A stretch of DNA of 64,000 bases from assembly GCA_963789855.1 (NCBI GenBank), contig CAWBMM010000017.1, positions 111,910 to 175,909 of the forward strand, read 5' to 3'. The DNA comes from an uncultured Actinomycetota bacterium (GTDB lineage: Bacteria > Actinomycetota > Actinomycetes > JACCUZ01). The notes under the pieces are model-generated. The model did no database searches and was not told the DNA's origin. It saw nothing but the letters and a program-made list of their open reading frames with translations. The position numbers and the translations under genes are program-made. Below, one piece after another: positions 15,312 through 25,232 of the stretch; the first letter of the stretch is position 1; every line of letters starts with the position of its first letter.

Positions 15312-17084
15312 TCAGGACGGCGGGGCGTGCTCCTGCCAGCGGTTCGTGATCGGCAGCCGGCGATCCCTGCCGAAGGCCTTGAACGAGATCTTCGGTCCCG
15401 GCGGGTACTGCCGACGCTTGTACTCGGCGTGGTCGACGAGCCGCAGCACCTTCTCGACGAGCTCCTGGTCGAAGCCGGCGGCCAGCAGCTCGCCGGAGCC
15501 GCGGTCCTGCTCGACGTAGTCGTCGAGGATGTCGTCGAGCACCTCGTAGGCCGGCAGCGAGTCGGTGTCGAGCTGCCCTGGCCGCAGCTCGGCCGAGGGT
15601 TCCTTGCTGATCGACGCCTCGGGGATCGGGGGAGTCCCGCCGCACTCCTCGGCGTGCGCGTTGCGCCAGCGGGCGAGCCGCCACACCCACGTCTTCGGCA
15701 GGTCCTTGATCGGGGCGAAGCCGCCCACCGCGTCGCCGTAGATCGTGGAGTAGCCCACGGCCAGCTCGCTCTTGTTGCCCGGAGCGAGCACGAGGTGGCC
15801 GTGCTGGTTGGACAGCCCCATCAGGACCACTCCGCGCGCCCGGGCCTGCAGGTTCTCCTCGGCGAGCCCGGTCAGTGCGAGGGCACCGAGGAAGCTCTTC
15901 ACCATCGGGGCGATGGACACCGTCTGGAAGACGAGCCCGGTGCGCTCGGCCAGGTCGGCTGCGTCGGACCGCGAGTGCTCGGAGGAGTAGCTGCTGGGCA
16001 TCGACACGCCGTGCACGTTGGCGGCACCGATCGCGTCGCAGGCGATGGCTGCGGTGAGTGCCGAGTCGATGCCGCCCGAGAGTCCGATGACGACGCTGGA
16101 GAAGGCGTTCTTGCGCACGTAGTCGCGCACGCCGAGCACGAGTGCGCCGTACACCTCGGCCTCGTCCCCGAGGCGCTGCGCCACCGTGCCGGCGACGGGC
16201 TCCCAGCCAGGCAGCACGTCGGACGAGAGCACCACCCGCTCGATCGTGGTGGTCGAGCCGTCCGGCGCCTCAACGTGGCCTTCTGCCCCGACCGCTGAGG
16301 CTGCCGGCAGGTCGAGATCGACCACCAGCAGCTCGGTCTCGAACTGACCGGCGCGGGCCAGCAGGGCGCCGTCAGCAGCCACGACGAGGGAGTCGCCGTC
16401 GAAGACCAGCTCGTCCTGACCGCCGACCATGTTCACGTAGCCGAGCGTGCAGCCGGCGTCCGCGGCGCGCCGCTGCGCGAGGTCGAGCCGGACGTCGTCC
16501 TTGTTCCGCTCGTACGGCGAGCCGTTGATGACCAGCAGCAGCCCCGCTCCCGCCTCCCGGGTGACGGCGACCGGCCCGCCCTCCTGCCAGATGTCCTCGC
16601 AGATCGCCACCGCGACATCCACGCCGTGCACCCGCACCACGGTCGAGGAGGTGCCGGGCACGAAGTAGCGGTACTCGTCGAAGACGCCGTAGTTCGGCAG
16701 GTGGTGCTTGGCGTAACGACCGACGACCCGGCCGTGGTGCAGGATCGCGGCGGCGTTCTGCGGCGCGCCCTTCGGCGTACCGAGCACCGGAACGGCGTCC
16801 GGTGCCCCGTCGAGGAAGCCGACGACCACCAGCAGGTCGCCCAGGCCGTCGGTGGCGAGCTGCTCAGCCAGCCTGTCGACTGCCTGCCGGGACGCCTCCA
16901 CGAAAGAACGGCGCAGCGCGAGGTCCTCGACCGGGTAACCGGTCAGGGCCATCTCGGGGAACGCCACGACGTGTGCGCCGCTCTCGGCAGCCTTGCGCGA
17001 CCACTCCAGCACCTGCACCGCGTTGCCGTCGAGGTCCCCGACGACCGGGTTGAGCTGGGCTAGGGCGAGACGCAGCTGGGCCAC
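15312..17084 (-). CDS. nadE: Glutamine-dependent NAD+ synthetase (N-terminal CN-hydrolase domain plus C-terminal PP-loop synthetase)
   Basis: 590 aa. N-terminus: LALAQLNPVVGDLDGN ... VVAFPEMALTGYPVEDL (nitrilase fold). C-terminus: VVIGLSGGIDSALTAAIA (SGGxDS PP-loop). Confidence 0.9.
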   Translation of the reverse strand: MAQLRLALAQLNPVVGDLDGNAVQVLEWSRKAAESGAHVVAFPEMALTGYPVEDLALRRSFVEASRQAVDRLAEQLATDGLGDLLVVVGFLDGAPDAVPVLGTPKGAPQNAAAILHHGRVVGRYAKHHLPNYGVFDEYRYFVPGTSSTVVRVHGVDVAVAICEDIWQEGGPVAVTREAGAGLLLVINGSPYERNKDDVRLDLAQRRAADAGCTLGYVNMVGGQDELVFDGDSLVVAADGALLARAGQFETELLVVDLDLPAASAVGAEGHVEAPDGSTTTIERVVLSSDVLPGWEPVAGTVAQRLGDEAEVYGALVLGVRDYVRKNAFSSVVIGLSGGIDSALTAAIACDAIGAANVHGVSMPSSYSSEHSRSDAADLAERTGLVFQTVSIAPMVKSFLGALALTGLAEENLQARARGVVLMGLSNQHGHLVLAPGNKSELAVGYSTIYGDAVGGFAPIKDLPKTWVWRLARWRNAHAEECGGTPPIPEASISKEPSAELRPGQLDTDSLPAYEVLDDILDDYVEQDRGSGELLAAGFDQELVEKVLRLVDHAEYKRRQYPPGPKISFKAFGRDRRLPITNRWQEHAPPS

Positions 17085-17115
17085 GCCACGAGCCTAGTGC
17101 GGCATGACGAGGCGG

Positions 17116-18960
17116 TCAGACCCGCCGGATCCGGCGAACGTCCGGGTACTGCCCGCCGCCTCGGGCCGGCGCCGGCAGGGTCTCGGTCGCCTCGGCGCGC
17201 AACCGCGTCGCGTAGGACGCGAAGTGCTCGGAGAGCCACGGGGTCATCGCCTCGGCCGTCATCGGGCGGGCCAGGAAGTAGCCCTGCACGAGGTCGCAGC
17301 CGAAGGTCTGCAGCAGCCGCCAGGTGGCCTCGTCCTCGACGCCCTCGGCGACGACCCGCAGGCCCAGGTCGTGACCGAGGCCGATGACCGCCCGAACGAT
17401 GGCCTGGTCCTCCTTGCGCTCGGCCAGGTGCCGCACGAAGGAGCGGTCGACCTTGACCTCATGGACCGGCAGGCTGCGCAGCCGGGTGAGCGAGGAGTAG
17501 CCCGTGCCGAAGTCGTCGACCGAGACCAGCAGGCCCAGGTCGACGAGCCGCTCCAGTGCGCGGACCGCCCGCTCGGGGTCGGAGACGATCGCGCTCTCCG
17601 TCACCTCGAGCTTGAGCAGGGCGGCAGCGAGCCCGGCCTGCACCAGCAGTCGGGCGACGGTGTCCGCGAGCTCGGGCTCGAGCAGGTTGCGCATCGAGAC
17701 GTTCACGGCCATGAGGACCGGGGTGCCGGCGTCGCGCCAGCTGACGCACTGCCGGATGGCGGTCTCGACGACGAAGTTGGTCAACGGCTTGATGAGGCCG
17801 GTGTGCTCCGCCAGCGGGATGAACTCGTCCGGCGGGACGTTGCCCCACAGCGGGTGGTTCCAGCGCAGCAGCGCCTCGACCCCGGTCACCTGGCCGCTCT
17901 CCGGGTCTGCCTGCGGCTGGTAGTACAGCTCGAGGGTGCGCTCCTCGACGGCGCGGGCCAGGTCGCCGATCAGCGACAGCCGCCGCGAGCTGTACGGGTC
18001 ACGGTCGGGCGAGTAGCGCGCGACACCGGTGAGGCCGTGCTTGGCGTCGTACATCGCCACCTCGGCCCGCCGGAGCAGCAACGCCGCCGACGAGCCGTCG
18101 CGTGGCGTCGCGGCGATGCCGATGGACGCCCGCACGTCGAGGGTGACCTCGCCGAGGTCGAACGGCCGCGCGATGTCGCGGGTGATGCGCGAGACCATGC
18201 CTTCGATGTGCACGTCGTCGCCGCCGAGCAGGACGGCGAACTCGTCGCCACCGAGCCGGGCCACGACGGTCTCACCGCGCTCGACCTGGCGGAGCCGGCG
18301 GCCGACCTCGCGGAGCAGCCGGTCACCGACGTCGTGCCCGAGGGTGTCGTTGACCTCCTTGAAGCGGTCGACGTCCATCAGGAGCACGGCGGCCGAACCG
18401 TCGGACAGCAACCGGCGCTCGAGCCGCTGCTGGAAGTGCAGCCGGTTGGGCAGCCCCGTCAGCGGGTCGTGCAGTGACAGGTGCTCGGTCTCCTGGGCGG
18501 CTGCCCGGACGCGGGCCACCAGGCCGGAGTTCGTCAGCGCCACGCTGGCGTGACCGGCCAGCGCCTCGAACAGCTTGAGGTCCTCGCGGTCGAAGGTGCT
18601 CAGGTCGTCGAGCCGGTCGGTCACCAGGAACACGCCGGTGATCTCGCCGCCGTCGCGCAGCGGCGCCGCCATCGCGTCGACGTGGCCCTCGGCCTTGAGC
18701 AGCTCGTGGCTGGTGCTCTCACCACCGCGGGCCAGCAGGACCGGCGTGCCGTTGCAGGCCGGCGCCCACCAGTCGCTGGAGTTGGGCTGGCAGAGCACGA
18801 CCGAGGCGTTGCGGGCCCGCAGCAGCTCGCAGGCTTCCGCGCGGACGGTCTCCATCACCGACTCGTCCTGCAGCGCGCGGTCGACCGAGCCGGTGAACCG
18901 GTAGAGCAGCTCCAACCGGCTGTAGCGCAGCCGCTGCACGTGGAATCCGCGGTACAGCAC
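17116..18960 (-). CDS. GAF–GGDEF–EAL c-di-GMP turnover protein. An N-terminal multi-TM sensor region continues upstream to about 19657 in shifted frames.
   Basis: GGDEF: HDPLTGLPNRLHF and RLGGDEFAVLL. EAL: YQPQADPESGQVTGVEALLRWNHP, DDFGTGYSSL and EVKVDRSFV. Hydrophobic TM-like segments (LIWLVTGLLAAAGATLW, VVALLFALTAAFVV, LVLGLFFLTTNGLMAAALL) lie in ORFs 19208..19657 and 18966..19643 in different frames. Confidence 0.85.
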   Translation of the reverse strand: MLYRGFHVQRLRYSRLELLYRFTGSVDRALQDESVMETVRAEACELLRARNASVVLCQPNSSDWWAPACNGTPVLLARGGESTSHELLKAEGHVDAMAAPLRDGGEITGVFLVTDRLDDLSTFDREDLKLFEALAGHASVALTNSGLVARVRAAAQETEHLSLHDPLTGLPNRLHFQQRLERRLLSDGSAAVLLMDVDRFKEVNDTLGHDVGDRLLREVGRRLRQVERGETVVARLGGDEFAVLLGGDDVHIEGMVSRITRDIARPFDLGEVTLDVRASIGIAATPRDGSSAALLLRRAEVAMYDAKHGLTGVARYSPDRDPYSSRRLSLIGDLARAVEERTLELYYQPQADPESGQVTGVEALLRWNHPLWGNVPPDEFIPLAEHTGLIKPLTNFVVETAIRQCVSWRDAGTPVLMAVNVSMRNLLEPELADTVARLLVQAGLAAALLKLEVTESAIVSDPERAVRALERLVDLGLLVSVDDFGTGYSSLTRLRSLPVHEVKVDRSFVRHLAERKEDQAIVRAVIGLGHDLGLRVVAEGVEDEATWRLLQTFGCDLVQGYFLARPMTAEAMTPWLSEHFASYATRLRAEATETLPAPARGGGQYPDVRRIRRV

Positions 18961-19721
18961 ATAGCTCAGGACTCGCGAGGATCGCCAGCAGCGCCAGCGC
19001 AGCCGGCGAGTCGCGCAGGATCAGCGACCGTGATGAGCGCGAGATCCGTGACCACGAAGTGCCGATCGCGGCGGCACCCAAGGTGCGGGCGAGGCCGCGG
19101 AGGTCCCAGGAACTGAGCCGCAGGCTGATGATGACGAAGACTGCGACGTTGGCGAGCGACGTCGGCTATCAATGTCGCGGCGAGTGCTGACAGCCAGACG
19201 AGCGGCGTCAGGTCGCTCGGCGGAGCACGTCGAACAAGGCGAGGCGTGCCGGAGAAGACGAGGCACGCGACGGGAACCTGGGTGAACGACGGAGGCCATG
19301 TTGAAGGCCAGCTTGATCGCCGGATTGCGGCGTACGACGAGCTGGACGAAGCCGCAGCCCGAGCAAGGCCGCGGCCATCAGACCGTTCGTCGTCAGGAAG
19401 AACAGGCCGAGCACCAACGGTGCCTGATTCAGGGCCAGGCTGTGGTTGTCGCGCCCGAACGGAAGGTGGACGACGAAGGCCGCAGTCAGGGCGAACAGGA
19501 GCGCGACGACCGGCCACCACTGGGGCGACAGTGCCGGCAGCTGCGGAGTGACCGACCACAGAGTCGCCCCCGCCGCAGCCAGCAGCCCCGTCACCAGCCA
19601 GATCAGCTGGTCCGGGGTTGCTCTCCGGACGGTCGCCACACACTGATTGTGGGGCATACAGCAGCGCTGCGTGACCGAACCGACTCAGTCCTGGCCTCGG
19701 GATAGCCCGATTGGCCCAGTA

Positions 19722-19964
19722 TCAGTTCCAGATGGCGCCGCTAGGGTCCACCTTCTTGTTCCAGATGACGCCGGCCAGCTCGACAGGCTTCTTGTTCCAG
19801 ATCGCGCCGGCCTGGTGGGCCGACTTCTTGTTCCAGATGGCGCCGGCCTGGTCGTGGGCGGCGGAGGAGAAGGCTCCGACGAGCAGGGCGGCCGCGACGA
19901 GTGCCAGTGCGGCCAGGAGGCCGATGACGGGGGAGAGGGAGCGGGCGGCGAATGCGCGTGTCAT
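19722..19964 (-). CDS. Small secreted repeat peptide: signal peptide followed by 4 tandem 12-aa repeats with core AG(A/V)IWNKK
   Basis: ORF 19722..19976. ATG at 19964 has a GGAG 7 nt upstream. MTRAFAARSLSPVIGLLAALALVAAALLVGAFSSAA|HDQAGAIWNKKSAHQAGAIWNKKPVELAGVIWNKKVDPSGAIWN. The DNA repeat period is 36 nt. Lys uses aag and codon bias is GC3, which favours this strand over the mirror + ORF (that one uses rare ttg Leu). Confidence 0.4.
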   Translation of the reverse strand: MTRAFAARSLSPVIGLLAALALVAAALLVGAFSSAAHDQAGAIWNKKSAHQAGAIWNKKPVELAGVIWNKKVDPSGAIWN

Positions 19965-20145
19965 GGGGAACTCCAATGTTGGCCCGGGGGTGGGGCGCTG
20001 TTTGTCAGTGGAAATGATCGACGTTGCTCATTCATGGATGAATCATGAGACTCCGTTGACTTGGCAAAGGATGGTCTCGCGTGGCATACGCGGGGACCAC
20101 AGCGACGTAACACGGCGGTAACACCGGCCCGGCACGATCGCGGGC

Positions 20146-21483
20146 ATGGACAAGCAGCAGGAGTTCGTCCTTCGTACGCTCGAGGAGCGGGACATCCGAT
20201 TCGTCCGCCTCTGGTTCACCGACGTGCTGGGCTTCCTGAAGTCGGTGGCCGTGGCGCCGGCCGAGCTGGAGGGCGCCTTCGACGAGGGTATCGGGTTCGA
20301 CGGCTCGGCCATCGAGGGCTTCGCCCGGGTCGCCGAGTCCGACATGCTGGCCAAACCGGACCCGGGGACCTTCCAGATCCTCCCGTGGCGCTCCGAGTCG
20401 CCCGGGACCGCGCGGATGTTCTGCGACATCGTGCTGCCGGACGGCACGCCGGCGTACGCCGACCCGCGACAGGTGCTCAAGCGGACGCTCGCGAAGGCGG
20501 CCGACCTGGGTTTCGCCTTCTACACCCACCCCGAGATCGAGTTCTTCCTGTTCCGGGACCAGCCCGAGGGTGGGCTGCCCCCGGCCCCGGTCGACCAGGG
20601 CGGCTACTTCGACCACATCGCGCACGGCATCGGGCACGACTTCCGCCGCGACGCGATCACCATGCTCGAGTCGATGGGGATCTCGGTGGAGTTCAGCCAC
20701 CACGAGGGCGCCCCCGGCCAGCAGGAGATCGACCTGCGCTACGCCGACGCGCTGTCCACTGCGGACAACATCATGACCTTCCGGCACGTGATGAAGCAGG
20801 TGGCGCTCAGCCAGGGCGTGTTCGCGTCGTTCATGCCCAAGCCGCTGACCGACCACCCCGGGTCGGGCATGCACACCCACCTCTCGCTGTTCGAGGGCGA
20901 GCGCAACGCGTTCTTCGAGGCCGGTGCGCCCTACCAGCTGTCGAAGGTGGCCCGCTCGTTCATCGCCGGCCTCCTGGTGCACGCCGGTGAGATCGCGGCG
21001 GTCACGAACCAGTGGGTCAACTCCTACAAGCGGCTGCTCGGCGGCGGCGAGGCACCGGCGTACGTCTGCTGGGGTCACAACAACCGCTCCGCCATGGTGC
21101 GGGTGCCGATGTACAAGCCGGCCAAGGGCCAGTCGACGCGGGTCGAGCTGCGCACCCCGGACTCGGCGTGCAACCCCTACCTCGCGTACGCCGTCATCCT
21201 CGGCGCCGGCCTCAAGGGCATCCAGGAGGGCTACGACCTGCCGGAGGGCGCCGAGGACGACGTCTGGGCGCTCACCGACGCCGAGCGTCGGGCGCTCGGC
21301 ATCGAGCCGCTGCCGACCAACCTCTCCGAGGCGATCCGGCGGATGGAGGGCAGCGAGCTGGTCGCCGAGGTCCTGGGCGAGCACGTCTTCGACTTCTTCC
21401 TGCGCAACAAGCGGGCCGAGTGGGTGGACTACCGGCGTGAGGTGACGCCGTTCGAGCTGGACCGCTACCTCTCGGTGCTGTGA
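20146..21483 (+). CDS. glnA2: Glutamine synthetase family protein (GlnA2-type, 445 aa)
   Basis: MDKQQEFVLRTLEERDIRFVRLWFTDVLGFLKSV ... FDGSAIEGF ... HHEGAPGQQEIDLRY ... NPYLAYAVILGAGL. Full-length and unframeshifted. Sits immediately upstream of glnE, as in mycobacteria. Confidence 0.85.
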   Translation: MDKQQEFVLRTLEERDIRFVRLWFTDVLGFLKSVAVAPAELEGAFDEGIGFDGSAIEGFARVAESDMLAKPDPGTFQILPWRSESPGTARMFCDIVLPDGTPAYADPRQVLKRTLAKAADLGFAFYTHPEIEFFLFRDQPEGGLPPAPVDQGGYFDHIAHGIGHDFRRDAITMLESMGISVEFSHHEGAPGQQEIDLRYADALSTADNIMTFRHVMKQVALSQGVFASFMPKPLTDHPGSGMHTHLSLFEGERNAFFEAGAPYQLSKVARSFIAGLLVHAGEIAAVTNQWVNSYKRLLGGGEAPAYVCWGHNNRSAMVRVPMYKPAKGQSTRVELRTPDSACNPYLAYAVILGAGLKGIQEGYDLPEGAEDDVWALTDAERRALGIEPLPTNLSEAIRRMEGSELVAEVLGEHVFDFFLRNKRAEWVDYRREVTPFELDRYLSVL

Positions 21484-22215
21484 GCGGGCCGCTCGTCCTC
21501 GTCGTCCAGCACGAGCCGGAGACCGGCCCCGGCTGGTTCGGCGACTGGCTGGCCGAGTCCGGGCTGGTGCTGGACGTCTGGCACGCCTACGCAGGGGACC
21601 CGCGACCGGAGCTGCAGGCGTACGCCGGCCTGCTGGTGCTGGGCGGCGCGATGGCCCCGGGCGACGACGAGGCCTGCCCCTGGCTGCCGGCCACCCGCTC
21701 GCTGCTGGTCGACGCCGTGTCCGCTCGGCCTGCCGACGTTCGGGATCTGCCTGGGCGCCGAGCTGCTGGCGGTCGGCTGCGGCGGCACGGTCCGGCGAGG
21801 GACGGCCGGGCCGGAGCTGGGCGTGCTGGGCATCGAGCTGGCGGAGGCCGCCGCGGCCGACCCGGTGCTCGGCGCCCTGGCCGGCCACCCGTCGGTGCTG
21901 CAGTGGCACTGGGAGGAGATCGCCGAGCTCCCCGCGGGCGCCGTACGCCTGGCGTCGTCCCCGGCGTACCCGAACCAGGCGTTCCGGCTCGGTGCCGCCG
22001 CGTGGGGCGTGCAGGGCCACCCGGAGGTGACCGGCGACATCGCCGCGGCCTGGGCGCGCGAGGACAGCCCGTTGCTGGTGGCCGAAGGACGCACGCCCGC
22101 CGACCTGGTCGCCGAGGTGCGGGCGGCCGAGGCCGAGCTGGCCCGCACCTGGGCACCGGTCGCCCGGGCCTTCGCGGCGGTCGTCCGCGACGGCCGCACC
22201 GCGGCTGCTCGATAG
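21480..22215 (+). CDS. Class I glutamine amidotransferase-like protein (frameshift near 21725)
   Basis: LVLVVQHEPETGPGWFGDWLAESG ... LLVLGGAM. An alternative frame reads LGLPTFGICLGAELLAVGCGG (GATase1 Cys motif), then ORF 21823..22215 continues QWHWEEI ... GVQGHPEV. Start overlaps the glnA2 stop. Confidence 0.6.
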
Positions 22216-22225
22216 CGTTGCCGGC

Positions 22226-25200
22226 GTGACGCGGGCCCGCGGCAGCAGTGCGGAGGCGCGGCTGGCGCGCCTCGGGTTCACCGAACCCGCGCAGGCAGCG
22301 GCCGCGCTGGACTCCGGGGCGCTCGACGGCCTGGTGGACGACGACGACGTGCTGGCCGACCTGGCCGCGACCGCCGACCCCGACGCAGGCGCTGCTGCGG
22401 CTGGCCCTGCTGCTCGAGGCGGAGGCGCGCGACGGCGGCAGGGACCTCGTGCCGACGCTGCGCGACGACCCCGAGCTGCGCCGCCGGCTGCTGACCGTCC
22501 TCGGCGCGAGCCAGGCCCTCGCCGACCACCTGGCCCGGGTGCCGGAGGGATGGCGGACCCTGCTGGCGGACCGCGACGTCCGGCCGACCGCGGCGGGCCT
22601 GCGGCTCGGCGTGCTGCGTGCCATCGACGCCGACCTCGACGCCGACGCACCGACCCTGCTCGGCGGCGCCGCGGCGGTCCGGAGCGCCACCGACGCGCTG
22701 CGACGCACCTACCGCGACTACCTCGTCGGCCTGGCAGCGCGCGACGTCGCCGACGGCGCTGACGTCGCCGACGTGGCCGCCGAGCTGGCCGACCTGGCCG
22801 GCGCCGTGCTCGAAGCCGCGCTGGCGATCGCCCGGGCCGAGCTGGGCGTTGCGGCGTCGACCTGCCGGCTGGCTGTCATCGCGATGGGCAAGTGCGGCGG
22901 CCGCGAGCTGAACTACGCCAGCGACGTCGACGTCGTGTTCGTGGCGGAGGCCGTCGAGGGCATCGCGGAGACTGCCGGCCTGAAGGCCGCCTCCGCACTC
23001 GCCTCGGCGATGATGCGGATCTGCTCGGCCAGCACCGCCGAGGGCACGATCTGGCCGGTCGATGCGGCCCTGCGGCCGGAGGGCAAGGCGGGTCCGCTGG
23101 TGCGGACGCTGGCCAGCCACCTGGCCTACTACCAGCGCTGGGCCAAGACCTGGGAGTTCCAGGCGCTGCTCAAGGCCCGACCGGTGGCGGGCGACCGGGC
23201 CCTGGGCGAGGCCTACCTCGACGCCGTCGCGCCGCTGGTGTGGCAGGCCGCCGAACGTCCCGACTTCGTGACCGACGTGCAGCAGATGCGCCGGCGGGTC
23301 GAGCAGAGCCTGTCGTTGGCCGACAGCCAGCGTGAGCTCAAGCTGGGCCCGGGCGGCCTGCGGGACGTGGAGTTCGCCGTCCAGCTGCTGCAGCTCGTGC
23401 ACGGCCGCACCGACGAGACGCTGCGCAGCCCCAACACCCTGGAGGCCCTCGAGGACCTCTCGACCAACGGCTACGTCGGCCGCGCCGACGCGGCCGAGCT
23501 GGACCGGGCGTACCGGTTCCTGCGCTCCGTCGAGCACCGGCTCCAGCTGCACCGGCTGCGACGCACCCACGTGATGCCGTCCGACGAGGCCGCGCTGCGA
23601 CGGGTCGGCCGCTCGCTGGGCCTGCGCACCGACCCGGTTGCCGAGCTCGACCGGCAGTGGCGGCGGCACGCCCGCGAGGTCCGGCGGCTGCACGAGAAGC
23701 TCTTCTACCGCCCGCTGCTCTCGTCGGTGGCACGGCTGGCGTCCGACGAGGCGCGGCTCACGCCGGAGGCGGCCCGCTCCCGGCTCGAGGCGCTGGGCTA
23801 CCGGGACCCGGCGGGCGCGCTGCGGCACCTCGAGGCGCTCACCGCGGGAGTCAGCCGGCGGGCGGCGATCCAGCGCACCCTGCTGCCGGTGCTGCTCGGC
23901 TGGTTCGCCGACGCCCCGGACCCCGACGGCGGTCTGCTCGCCTTCCGGCAGCTCAGCGACGCGCTGGGCACCACGCCCTGGTACCTCCGGCTGCTGCGCG
24001 ACGAAGGCACCGTGGCCCATCGGCTCGCGCTGCTGCTGGCGAGCAGCCGGTACGCCGTCGACCTGCTGGTCCGGGCGCCCGAGGCGGTGCGGCTGCTCGC
24101 GGACGACGCCGAGCTGGTGCCCCGCAGCCGGGCCGACCTCGGCAGCGAGCTGACCGCGGCGCTCGGTCGCCACGACGACCCGGACTCCGCCGTCGCGATG
24201 GCCCGCGGCGTACGACGTCGGGAGCTCTTCCGGGTGGCCGCGGCCGACCTGCTCGCCCTGGCGACCGTCGAGCAGGTCGAGGAGGCGCTCACCGATGTCG
24301 CCGCCGCCACCGTGCAGGCCGCGCTGGATGCCGCGATCCGGTCGGTGGAGACCTCCCGGGACGGTCCCCTGCCGACCCGGCTCGCGATCATCGCCATGGG
24401 CCGGTTCGGCGGTCGCGAGCTCGGCTACGCCAGCGACGCCGACGTGCTCTTCGTCCACGACCCGCTCGAGGGCGCCGACGAGCAGGACGCCTCGGAGGCC
24501 GCGCACGCCGCCGTTCAGGAGCTGCGCCGGCTGCTCGCGGTGCCCTCCCCGGACCCACCCCTGACGGTGGACGCCGACCTGCGGCCCGAGGGCCGTCAGG
24601 GGCCGCTGGTGCGCACCCTGGCGTCGTACGCCGCCTACTACGACCGCTGGTCGCTCGTCTGGGAGAGCCAGGCGCTGCTTCGGGCCGACCCGGTGGCGGG
24701 CGACCTGGCGCTGGGCGCGGCGTTCCGCACGCTGGTCGACCCGATCAGGTACCGGGAGGGCGGCCTGTCCGAGGCGGATGCCAGGGAGATCCGCCGGGTC
24801 AAGGCGCGGGTCGAGGCCGAACGGCTGCCGCGGGGCGCGGACCCGCAGCGGCACACCAAGCTCGGGCCGGGTGGGCTGGCCGACGTCGAGTGGACCGTGC
24901 AGCTGCTCCAGCTCCGGCACGCCGCCGGCGTCCCCGGACTGCGGACCACCCGGACCCTCCCTGCGCTGCAGGCGGCCGCGGACGCCGGCCTGGTCCGCCC
25001 CGAGCAGGCCCGGGTGCTCGCCCACGCGTGGCGTACCGCCAGCCGGGTGCGCAACGCGACCCTGCTGGTGCGCGGCCGACCGGGTGACACGTTGCCCACG
25101 GACCTGCGCGAACTCACCGGAGTGGCCCGCGTCCTGGGCTACCCTCCCGGCGCGGGGGAGACGCTGGTCGACGACTACCGTCGGGCGACCCGGCGGGCCA

Positions 25201-25232
25201 GAACGGTGGTGGAGCAGGTGTTCTACCGGTGA
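22226..25232 (+). CDS. glnE: Glutamine synthetase adenylyltransferase/adenylyl-removing enzyme (frameshift near 22385)
   Basis: N-terminus in frame 22226 (ARLARLGFTEPAQAAAALD). Remainder in ORF 22248..25232 (994 aa) with two nucleotidyltransferase halves (AMGKCGGRELNYASDVDVVFV and AMGRFGGRELGYASDADVLFV) plus GlnE helical domains. Confidence 0.9.

Noticed and set aside
20032-22650. 872-aa minus-strand ORF
   Set aside because: It is antisense to glnA2, the GATase gene and glnE. Its Arg/Ala/Pro/Gly-rich composition is unlike a real protein.
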